Shown: positions 28,784 to 37,252 of the stretch, piece by piece
Position numbering within the stretch: position 1 is the first letter of the stretch
Layout: each line of letters begins with the position of its first letter
Source of the DNA: Solobacterium sp.
Lineage (GTDB): Bacteria; Bacillota_I; Bacilli_A; Erysipelotrichales; Erysipelotrichaceae
Strand: one strand, 5' to 3'
Length of the DNA: 64,000 nucleotides
Assembly (NCBI RefSeq): GCF_015256775.1
Contig: NZ_JABZLM010000006.1
The notes under the pieces: generated by a model
The model's database searches: none
Seen by the model: the letters and a program-made list of their open reading frames with translations, nothing else
Told to the model about the DNA's origin: nothing
Made by a program: the position numbers and the translations under genes

Positions 28784-30086
28784 CTAAGCGAACTTTTTTA
28801 GCAATGATATTTCCTACAACACCACCGACTACTAAGACTACAAGGAAGATCCATCCGGATAGTGAGAAGTTTGCGATTGGAGTATATAGAGCTCCTACGT
28901 TACATCCGTTAGAAAGTCTTGTACCAAATCCCATCGCAAAGCCGCCAATTGCATAGAATAATGCCTGCTTTGGATTCATCTTCCAACTTGACTTGCAGAA
29001 GGAGATGAAGTTATTTGATGTAAGCATATATACAAATGTACCTAATACGATACCTACGTTCTGCACATTGATTGGGTGTTCAAAGAAAGGCATTTGGTAA
29101 GGACCTGCAGCCCCCTTTGTAAATTCAACAATTGTTTCTACCTTAACACCAAACAACATGAGTAACTTACCAAACCAGAATCCGTAAGGTGTACTTGCAC
29201 CCCAACCTGCTTTTGTAACACCCATGAGTAATACGAATACTGCAGAGATGACAAGAACAGCCGTTCTTAAACTCCAAGGACGTGCGAAGATCTTCACATA
29301 ACCTTCTTCACTGCATGGACAAACAGCTTCTGTTTCATCAAGAGACTTCTTTTCAGCAGCTAACTGTACCGTTTCACTACCAATGCCAAAGTAAGTTCCT
29401 GCTTCCTTTCTCTTCTTTTCATAGAGATAACTTAACTTCACTACGATCAAGCAAAGAATACCAGTTAGAATTAACGCACCTAAGTAACCCTGTAAACCAT
29501 CAAACGCAAATAAGTCTGGGAAGTATACACCATTCTTATCACCAAACTTGATTAAAGAATCCTGTACCCAGCTTGCTGTATTCTGAATTGGGAAGCCTAC
29601 AAATACACCAATACAGAAGAATAGTAAGGTAACAATACCTCTAGGAAATGCCGCAACTAAGTCTGTTAGTACACCTGATGCACAACATGACGCAAACGCC
29701 ATACCAAATCCGAAGAGAAGACCTCCTAAGATCAAACCTAAGTTAATTGGGTTTACCCAAAGATCAAACTGGGAAACATCCGCATTATATAGGACTGCTG
29801 TACTAACTGCAGCCGAAACGAAAAACATAAACATCAAGGCTCTCATGAGCTTTGTAGAACCACCCTTATAGGCACGATTTACACTTCCCGCAAAGCCCAT
29901 AAAGCCTCTCGCTAAAGCGTAACCTAAAATTGCGCCCATCATTAATCTGAAATACAGCATTGAGGAACTTAATCCAAACATGCCGAATAAGATTACAATT
30001 GCCAACAATATAAAGCCAGCAATTCTCTCCATTTGTTTCATACTTTTAATTTCTCCTTTTTCTTCCATGATAAAACCATCCCCCAT
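28776..30086 (-). CDS. YeeE/YedE family sulfur-compound (thiosulfate-type) transporter
   Basis: Two internal repeats, each with a conserved Cys-containing loop (ASCCASGV and LSNGCNVG). About 400 aa polytopic. The true start may be the internal MKQMER with an AAAGGAG RBS at about 30041. Confidence 0.65.
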   Translation of the reverse strand: MGDGFIMEEKGEIKSMKQMERIAGFILLAIVILFGMFGLSSSMLYFRLMMGAILGYALARGFMGFAGSVNRAYKGGSTKLMRALMFMFFVSAAVSTAVLYNADVSQFDLWVNPINLGLILGGLLFGFGMAFASCCASGVLTDLVAAFPRGIVTLLFFCIGVFVGFPIQNTASWVQDSLIKFGDKNGVYFPDLFAFDGLQGYLGALILTGILCLIVVKLSYLYEKKRKEAGTYFGIGSETVQLAAEKKSLDETEAVCPCSEEGYVKIFARPWSLRTAVLVISAVFVLLMGVTKAGWGASTPYGFWFGKLLMLFGVKVETIVEFTKGAAGPYQMPFFEHPINVQNVGIVLGTFVYMLTSNNFISFCKSSWKMNPKQALFYAIGGFAMGFGTRLSNGCNVGALYTPIANFSLSGWIFLVVLVVGGVVGNIIAKKVRLDG

Positions 30087-30256
30087 ATGGAAGCCCTATC
30101 ACCTTCATACGAATTGACATAGAAATGTGCAGAGCTAATGTAGGCTGTTTCTCTGCTCTATGTTTTTCTACTATACCACAATTCTTATTATCATATATTC
30201 CATGTTACATATACGAATCTAATCCAAAACTATTTTGTAAAATTCGCAAACAAAAA

Positions 30257-30292
30257 CCTCCATCTTTTCGAAAGAATTCTTCGAGATGGAGG
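30257..30292 (-). terminator. hairpin (cctccatc...gatggagg with a palindromic centre) followed by a T-rich tract, downstream of the 30321-31403 gene
   Basis: 8-bp GC-containing stem. The minus strand continues TTTGTTTGCGAATTTT. Confidence 0.45.
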
Positions 30293-30320
30293 AAATACCA
30301 ATCTAATTGATTATTAACTA

Positions 30321-31403
30321 TTATCCTTCTAGATAATATGCATATGCCTTATCAGCACGTCCAGCTGTATGTGAAGCACCTTCATATCTTGTTACGAAGA
30401 TTGTAGCTGCCTCAGCAGCGCCTTCTGCTGAATCTGCAACATTCTGTAATCCAACAAGAGTACTGTTATACGCACCTGTTAACTCATGTGTTAAGAAAGC
30501 TAACTGTCCTTCAACCGTTGTATAGTCGAGGCCATTATTTGCACAATAGTTAACTAAGTTTGTATATCTACCGCCACCCCATTGGCATAAACCGTAATAG
30601 GATGAACCAGCAGTTGGATTAAACTTGGATTCTTGCCACATATTCGCCAAAACACCACAAGCAGCTGCCTTAGACAAACCAAGTGTACCCGTTAGGTAAG
30701 AATAGATTGTCTGATAATTACCAGAAGTATCTACTGGTCCAGTGGACACATACGCTCTTGTGACATTAATTGTATAAGAAGCAGTAGAAACATTCCCATT
30801 CTTATCTGTTGCAGTTACAGTCGCTGTATAAGTTCCTGCTTTTGAGATATCACCATCAACCGCAACTGTATAGTTACCCTTACCATTTTCCGTTGAAGCA
30901 GTTAAACTACCATCTATTGGATCGATGACTGAGGTAATATTTGAGAAAAGGTCATACGAACTTCCTGCTTTAATATCAACTTTACTAGCAGCTAAAGTAA
31001 TCTCTGCAGGTTTCGTGTCCACAACATTTACACTCGCTGTAAATGTCTTGGAATTTGTTAAACCAAACTTAGACTCTTTACCAGATAAAATCAGTTTAAC
31101 TGGATAGGATCCAATTGCACTAGCATCAATCTGTCCATCAATCTTTAAATCACCAGTATGTTCCGCAACGAGTGTATGTACATCAAAGGTACTTCCATAC
31201 TCAGCTGTCGTAATACCACTCATGTTAAGTCGAAGTGAATCATATAACCTAGCCTGCGATAATAACATCTGTTTGTTCATATAGTCTCTTCTTGCGAGCA
31301 CATAACTAAGTGCAGTACCACCTACCATGCAAGCAGCCAAACCAAACGCAAGAAATTTCTTTGTCGTCATTTTTAATCTATGTTTCATATGAAAATGATA
31401 CAC
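30321..31403 (-). CDS. membrane-anchored extracellular protein with Ig-like (Big) repeats and a C-terminal lysozyme-like (phage tail lysozyme-type) domain
   Basis: N-terminal TM anchor. Thr/Ser-rich beta repeats (TATVTATDKNGNVSTASYTINV). A C-terminal segment LANMWQESKFNP...GLCQWGGGR resembles glycoside-hydrolase or lysozyme-like catalytic motifs. Confidence 0.5.
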   Translation of the reverse strand: MYHFHMKHRLKMTTKKFLAFGLAACMVGGTALSYVLARRDYMNKQMLLSQARLYDSLRLNMSGITTAEYGSTFDVHTLVAEHTGDLKIDGQIDASAIGSYPVKLILSGKESKFGLTNSKTFTASVNVVDTKPAEITLAASKVDIKAGSSYDLFSNITSVIDPIDGSLTASTENGKGNYTVAVDGDISKAGTYTATVTATDKNGNVSTASYTINVTRAYVSTGPVDTSGNYQTIYSYLTGTLGLSKAAACGVLANMWQESKFNPTAGSSYYGLCQWGGGRYTNLVNYCANNGLDYTTVEGQLAFLTHELTGAYNSTLVGLQNVADSAEGAAEAATIFVTRYEGASHTAGRADKAYAYYLEG

Positions 31404-31611
31404 GAAAATTATTTAAAACGTCAAATTTAGCGCATAAAATACACAATTTTCACACAAAATTAACACAATATTTATTGTGCTAAAACATGCATGCATATTA
31501 TATGTAAATTTCTTTCAACAATTTACTTGCATATCCAACTATTTTATTGATAAACGTGCATGCATGTAAACATATAAAAAGTGCTAAACTATCGCCCAGC
31601 ACTTTTTAATA

Positions 31612-33756
31612 CTATTTCTGTGTCATCTTTAATAAATCTTCTAGCGAAGGAGAATCACTTGCTTTTGGCGGTTGAACCTTAATTGTGAAATCAAAGTCAG
31701 CCTCAATAAGCTCACTCATATCGCTATCTGGATTCGATACTAATCTTGTGGATTGACGTAAGATTGCGTCTTCAATCATATTACGTGCAAGTCTACCGTT
31801 ACCAGCTTCCATAGCATTGATACTCTGTACTTCATTGAAATAAGCGGTTAGCTTATCCTTAACAGCTTCATCAATATGATAACCTTTACCCTTTGCTTGT
31901 AGACAAGCAATCTGATAGAGTTCTTCACCTGTGTAGTCCTTGAAGTTGATGATATTTGGGAAACGTGACTTTAGACCTGAGTTAGACTCTAGGAATACAG
32001 ACATTTCCTTCTTATATCCCGCTAAGATAACGATTAAGTTATCACGGTTATCTTCCATTGCCTTTACAAGTGTATCGATACACTCTAATCCAAACGCATC
32101 ATCTTTTCCACGATGTAGAGAATACGCTTCATCGATAAATAGCACACCACCAATCGCAGACTTGATTACCGACATCGTTAATGGAGCTGTCTGACCAACA
32201 TATTGCGCTACTAAGTCCGATCTAGATACTTCTACAAGCTGTCCTTGTGTTAACGCACCAATGGCCTTCATGTAACGAGAAATCAATCTCGCAATCGTTG
32301 TTTTACCAGTACCAGGATTGCCTGTAAAGATCATATGTTTAGAAAGTGTTGCTGTCTTCATGCCCTGCTCACGACGCTTTTGTTGCATCGCAACCAAGGA
32401 TTGCAAGGAAGATATATATGCCTTCACTTCATCCAGACCGATAATCTCACTTAATTCACGATTTACTTCTTCAAGTTCCTCACTACTATTGCGTGAGCGA
32501 CTCATCTGAATATCTTCTTCTTTGATTGTAGCAACAGGAATATCATTCTTCACTGTCATCTTGATTTCTTCCATATTTCCCAGGGAATGGTCTAATACTG
32601 CCTGTCCTAGAGATACATAGAAATCATAGAAGTTAGAACTAATAGAGGCAGCACCTAAATCCTTATTAAAGTGTTGAATAACCCATTCCTGAACAGAATC
32701 TTCAACTACTAATTTAATCTTTAAGTTTTCTTCCGCCTTCTTAATCAAATTTGCAGTTTGAACCTGAACAATTGAACGAATACTTTCATCATCTAACTTC
32801 TTTAAGGTAACAGTATCCAACACATGGTACATAAAATCTGCCCCAAAGGCATCTTGAACCTTTGATACACTACCTGTTGTCATAAATACAAGATACTTAC
32901 CACCAACGCTTAAAGTATCAACACTGTCCTTTACAAGACCAGTTTGATTTTCTATAAGTACACCCTTATTTAATACATAACGTTTGTTTAATACACAGCT
33001 ACCCGTCGTAACAAGTGAACTAATCATACGTAAGAATGCAGGGAAACCATTTTCAAAATTCTCAAAGCAGATAACAGAACCGTTGCCAGAGATAGCTTCA
33101 TATAAGTCCTGTAAGAAAATCTGTTCCTGTGCTGAAGATGTATAACGACTCATATCAATCGTATATACTTCATCACTGATAAATACTTGACGTTCATATA
33201 AAGAACGAGCCATCTGAGTAACTGCTTCATGTCTACCAGAACCTACAGGCCCAGAAACAAGAATAACATTCTTCGCCTTTCCTGCTTCTTCCCCCATTAA
33301 ATATGGTCTTCTAAATGCATTTACCATCTGATGGATTGCATCTTTTTGTCCCATCACCTTGGAGATAATCACATTGTAGATATCATCGAATAACTTCTGT
33401 GAGTTGAATTCCTTCTTCTCAACAGGTTTTTGTTCAACTTCAGTTAAACCATAGTCACGCTTTAAATCACGTTCTAATACATCCATACTCATTGCGGAGA
33501 TATCTAAAGGCTCATCCTTTTTCTGTAGCGCCGCATGCATATCCTCTAAATCTTTTTGTTGTTTACGCAAAATCGCATTTAGTTCCTGCATTGCTTGGTC
33601 TGGCTGTTTTAGGATGTTTAAGTTTTGACTTTGTTCATTACTATCAATACTTAATGTGATTTGTTCAGACGCATCTGTAGATTCATAAGCACGCTTTTTG
33701 CCTAAGACCTCATTCCAAAGTCTTTCTTTTTCCTCTGTTCTACGATCTTTCGACAT
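31612..33756 (-). CDS. tandem AAA+ ATPase: degenerate N-proximal AAA module plus C-terminal CbxX/CfxQ/SpoVK-type AAA module, with a coiled-coil N-terminus
   Basis: The first P-loop is GPVGSGRHEA, with Arg in place of the canonical Lys. The second module has a canonical GNPGTGKTT and Walker B VLFIDEAYSL, with CbxX-like spacing (LAGY..). 714 aa. Confidence 0.7.
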   Translation of the reverse strand: MSKDRRTEEKERLWNEVLGKKRAYESTDASEQITLSIDSNEQSQNLNILKQPDQAMQELNAILRKQQKDLEDMHAALQKKDEPLDISAMSMDVLERDLKRDYGLTEVEQKPVEKKEFNSQKLFDDIYNVIISKVMGQKDAIHQMVNAFRRPYLMGEEAGKAKNVILVSGPVGSGRHEAVTQMARSLYERQVFISDEVYTIDMSRYTSSAQEQIFLQDLYEAISGNGSVICFENFENGFPAFLRMISSLVTTGSCVLNKRYVLNKGVLIENQTGLVKDSVDTLSVGGKYLVFMTTGSVSKVQDAFGADFMYHVLDTVTLKKLDDESIRSIVQVQTANLIKKAEENLKIKLVVEDSVQEWVIQHFNKDLGAASISSNFYDFYVSLGQAVLDHSLGNMEEIKMTVKNDIPVATIKEEDIQMSRSRNSSEELEEVNRELSEIIGLDEVKAYISSLQSLVAMQQKRREQGMKTATLSKHMIFTGNPGTGKTTIARLISRYMKAIGALTQGQLVEVSRSDLVAQYVGQTAPLTMSVIKSAIGGVLFIDEAYSLHRGKDDAFGLECIDTLVKAMEDNRDNLIVILAGYKKEMSVFLESNSGLKSRFPNIINFKDYTGEELYQIACLQAKGKGYHIDEAVKDKLTAYFNEVQSINAMEAGNGRLARNMIEDAILRQSTRLVSNPDSDMSELIEADFDFTIKVQPPKASDSPSLEDLLKMTQK

Positions 33757-34721
33757 TACTCGTCTCCTTTATGTCCAACTTCAATCATACCATCACTTGT
33801 TAAGCCATCCTTCTTTAATACAGCATTCAAAGTAGCCATATCAGCAGATAGATTAATAAAGTCCTGGTCTGTATAACTTGCAATCATATTCTTCATCGCA
33901 TCATTGATTAATACAACCGTCTTTCCTAACTTCTCTTTTGTTTCTTTATAGTTAGGGTCAGTCTGTGCCGTCTGAAGAGCGTCGTATTGTTTTAGAATAC
34001 GCACAAGGATTGGCAAATAATATTCATACAACTTCTTAAGTTTTCCCTTAGATGCAGGGAAAGTTGTTTCTAACTTCTGTGCCTGTTTTAAAAGTGCACA
34101 TGTTTCAAATAATCCATTTGAGATTTCCTCATCCGGAATTGCGTCATTGAGTGCGTTAATTTGATCAATATAGCTCTGTGCACTAGAAGATGGTTCTTCA
34201 ACTTTTACTTCTTCCTTCTTCACATTTGTTGGTGTAGCTTGTACATCGATGACATCTGTATTTTGATAATCATCTGCTTGCTTAGAAACTTCTCTTAAGA
34301 TCTGTTCATAAGATTCTGGATAGTTCGCACCAAATACATTGAGTCCACTTACCAAGATACCATTGCGGTATACATCCAAATTAGAAAGTGACTTATATTC
34401 ACCATTACGTACACGTAATTCAATTCCTGTACTAACATTTAAGGCAGTATGCGTTCTAAACCACTTGCGTAAGAAGATGTTATTCTTTGCCATCTGTGAT
34501 GCGGAAATATTTGAAGCGCGATTTCCCGCATAGTATGTAGATGAGGAATAGCTAGCATATGGGTTTGATCTTTGTTCGTTTCTCTTTGAGGCATTTACCG
34601 CTGCCATTACAATCGCAAATACGATACCAACAATAATTAACATAGGTATAAATGTTCCTCCTCCTAGAAAAAATATTAAGAAGAATATCCAACCAAAATC
34701 AGAGTTCTTTCTGTTTTTCAT
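33756..34721 (-). CDS. 2TM membrane protein with a helical C-terminal domain (possibly XpaC/'5-bromo-4-chloroindolyl phosphate hydrolysis'-like)
   Basis: An N-terminal pair of TM helices (WIFFLIFFLGGGTFIPMLIIVGIVFAIVMAAV), then a soluble domain. Its stop overlaps the start of the AAA+ gene at 33756. The XpaC assignment is tentative. Confidence 0.45.
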   Translation of the reverse strand: MKNRKNSDFGWIFFLIFFLGGGTFIPMLIIVGIVFAIVMAAVNASKRNEQRSNPYASYSSSTYYAGNRASNISASQMAKNNIFLRKWFRTHTALNVSTGIELRVRNGEYKSLSNLDVYRNGILVSGLNVFGANYPESYEQILREVSKQADDYQNTDVIDVQATPTNVKKEEVKVEEPSSSAQSYIDQINALNDAIPDEEISNGLFETCALLKQAQKLETTFPASKGKLKKLYEYYLPILVRILKQYDALQTAQTDPNYKETKEKLGKTVVLINDAMKNMIASYTDQDFINLSADMATLNAVLKKDGLTSDGMIEVGHKGDE

Positions 34722-34856
34722 TTTTATAACCTCTCACCAGTGAATTATAGCATATTACACGATTTTTTATATCTCTTCAATCGCATTCTATATACTTGAT
34801 TTCATTTACGAATCAAAGAAAAAATGCTAGTGTTAAAACCGAGAATACGAGGTTGT

Positions 34857-35405
34857 ATGAATAAATTTGTAAAACTATATATTTCCTGGTTTAAAATTGG
34901 TCTATTTACCTTCGGTGGTGGGTATGCAATGATTCCGATGATTCAAAAAGAAGTTGTTGATAAACATCATTGGGTGACGGCGGAAGATATCCTAAATTAC
35001 TATGCAATCAGCCAATGTACACCAGGCGCAATCGCAGTCAACTTATCCACATTCATCGGTGGAAAGATTGATGGTTTCCTTGGGGCGCTTATTTCCACAC
35101 TCGGTGTCATTACCCCATCTATTATTATCATTAGTATCATCGCAACTTTCTTATCCAACTTCTCCTCATTAGAAGTTGTAAAACACGCACTTGCCGGAAT
35201 ACAGATTGCTGTATGTGTGTTGATGTTTGGTGCAGTCAAAAACCTATTCAAAACAAGTATTATAGATATTCCAAGTCTACTTATCTGTCTAGTGGCATTC
35301 TTGCTAGCGTATTTCACTAACATTCCTACCGTCCTATTGGTAATATTGGCCGCAGTATTTGGCTATGTATTCTATACATATAAAAATAAGATTCACCTCA
35401 AATAA
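34857..35405 (+). CDS. chrA: chromate transporter ChrA, half-size (N-type half)
   Basis: FGGGYAMIPMIQKEVVDKHHW motif, the ChrA signature GGG..IP. About 180 aa. Confidence 0.75.
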   Translation: MNKFVKLYISWFKIGLFTFGGGYAMIPMIQKEVVDKHHWVTAEDILNYYAISQCTPGAIAVNLSTFIGGKIDGFLGALISTLGVITPSIIIISIIATFLSNFSSLEVVKHALAGIQIAVCVLMFGAVKNLFKTSIIDIPSLLICLVAFLLAYFTNIPTVLLVILAAVFGYVFYTYKNKIHLK

Positions 35406-35512
35406 GCAATTCTCTTTCACAACAATCTCTAAGATTGTTGTTTTTTATAGCCTTTTGGTTATATATAACTAACTTATCGTGTAAAATAGTCTATGCGAAA
35501 GGAATTCTAAAC

Positions 35513-37252
35513 ATGATAGATAAGAAACTTTTAGCCCTTTTAGGGCATAATAAAAAATATATATTCTATGCAGTTGGTCTTATGATAGTGGGTTTATTTG
35601 CTAATCTTGCAATCACCGCATCCATCTGTTATGCCATTCAATATGCTGCAGAATATACATCCTCTGGTAGTAATGCACAAGGGTTCATTCTACCGGCGGT
35701 GATTGTAATCATTGCGATGGCAATCCGTTATGTAACTTCTCGTAGTATTGGAGACTTGAAGGATACATTAGGAAGAAATGTGAAGAAGGATTTGCGCCAG
35801 AAAATCTATGACAAAATTATCAAGCTTGGTGTTCGTACTACCGACAATATGAGTATGGCTGGTTTAACACAGTTATCCATGGAAGGTGTTGAACAGTTAG
35901 ACCTATATTATTCCGCATATATTCCACAATTCTTTTATGCGATGATTGCTCCTATCATTTTGTTTATCGTCACTGTACGTATCAATTGGGCTGTTGCACT
36001 TGTATTACTTGCATGTGTACCACTCATTCCAATGTCCATTATTGCGGTATCCCGTTACGCAAAGAAAATCTTTGCGAAGTACTGGGGTAAATACACATCC
36101 ATGGGAGATAGTTTCCTAGATAGTGTACAAGGACTAAAAGAACTAAAGATCTTCCAAGCAGACGCTGCACAAAATATCAAGATGAACGAAACAAGCGAAG
36201 AATTCCGCAAGATTACGATGAAAGTATTAGTCATGCAGCTAGCTAGTACAACAATTATGGATATGGTTGCCTATGGTGGTGCTGGTCTTGGTATTGCGCT
36301 AACGATACTTGCCGTTGTAAACGGAAGTCTTTCTGCTTACGCAGCACTATTCTTAATTCTTGTAGCAGTAGACTTCTTCTTACCACTACGTGCATTCGGT
36401 TCTGCCTTCCATATTGCCATGAATGGTGCAAGTGCTGGCAATAAGATTCTATCCCTGCTTGCTCAACCAGATCCAGTATGGGGTAATGAAACAGTAGCTA
36501 GTACAGAAATTACAGTGAAGGATGTCACATTCTCTTATGATGGAAAACGTGATGTGTTAAAACATGCATCCATGAACTTTGGTTCAACTGGCATGTGCGC
36601 AATTGTTGGTGAATCCGGTTCAGGTAAGTCTACAGTTGTAAATTTATTGTTAGGTGCATATCATCCTCAACAAGGTTCTATTCTTGTTGGGAATAAACCT
36701 TTGGAAACATTAAGTAGAGAATCATACTATTCTCACATTTCAGTTGTAAGTTATAACACCTATATCTTTAATGAAACAATCCGTCAAAACTTTATGCTAG
36801 CCAAAGACAACGTTACAGACGAAGAAATCTATAGCGCACTTAAGAAAGTAAATCTATATGATTTTATTATCGATAACGGCGGTCTAGATAAAGTCATTAC
36901 AGAAGACGCCGCAAATATTTCTGGTGGACAGAAACAACGACTAGCACTTGCAATTAATCTAGTTGCAAACAAAGATATATACATCTTCGATGAAGCCACG
37001 AGTAATATTGATATTGAAAGTGAAGCAATTATCATGAATAACATCAAGGAACTCTCCAAAGAGAAATCCGTTATCGTTATTTCACATCGTTTAGCAAATG
37101 TCATTGCGGCTGATACCATCTATTACATCGAAGATGGAGAAGTTAAAGAACATGGTACACACAATGAACTCATGAACATGCATGAAGGTTATGCAAAACT
37201 ATATACAGCGCAAAAGAACTTAGAAGATGGCTATACGGAGGTGATCGCATGA
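35513..37252 (+). CDS. ABC exporter fused permease/ATPase (CydD/CydC-like heterodimer partner 1)
   Basis: 6-TM domain, then Walker A GESGSGKST, signature ISGGQKQRL and Walker B IYIFDEAT. Start at MIDKK (AAAGGA RBS). The track ORF starts at 35435. Confidence 0.75.
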   Translation: MIDKKLLALLGHNKKYIFYAVGLMIVGLFANLAITASICYAIQYAAEYTSSGSNAQGFILPAVIVIIAMAIRYVTSRSIGDLKDTLGRNVKKDLRQKIYDKIIKLGVRTTDNMSMAGLTQLSMEGVEQLDLYYSAYIPQFFYAMIAPIILFIVTVRINWAVALVLLACVPLIPMSIIAVSRYAKKIFAKYWGKYTSMGDSFLDSVQGLKELKIFQADAAQNIKMNETSEEFRKITMKVLVMQLASTTIMDMVAYGGAGLGIALTILAVVNGSLSAYAALFLILVAVDFFLPLRAFGSAFHIAMNGASAGNKILSLLAQPDPVWGNETVASTEITVKDVTFSYDGKRDVLKHASMNFGSTGMCAIVGESGSGKSTVVNLLLGAYHPQQGSILVGNKPLETLSRESYYSHISVVSYNTYIFNETIRQNFMLAKDNVTDEEIYSALKKVNLYDFIIDNGGLDKVITEDAANISGGQKQRLALAINLVANKDIYIFDEATSNIDIESEAIIMNNIKELSKEKSVIVISHRLANVIAADTIYYIEDGEVKEHGTHNELMNMHEGYAKLYTAQKNLEDGYTEVIA

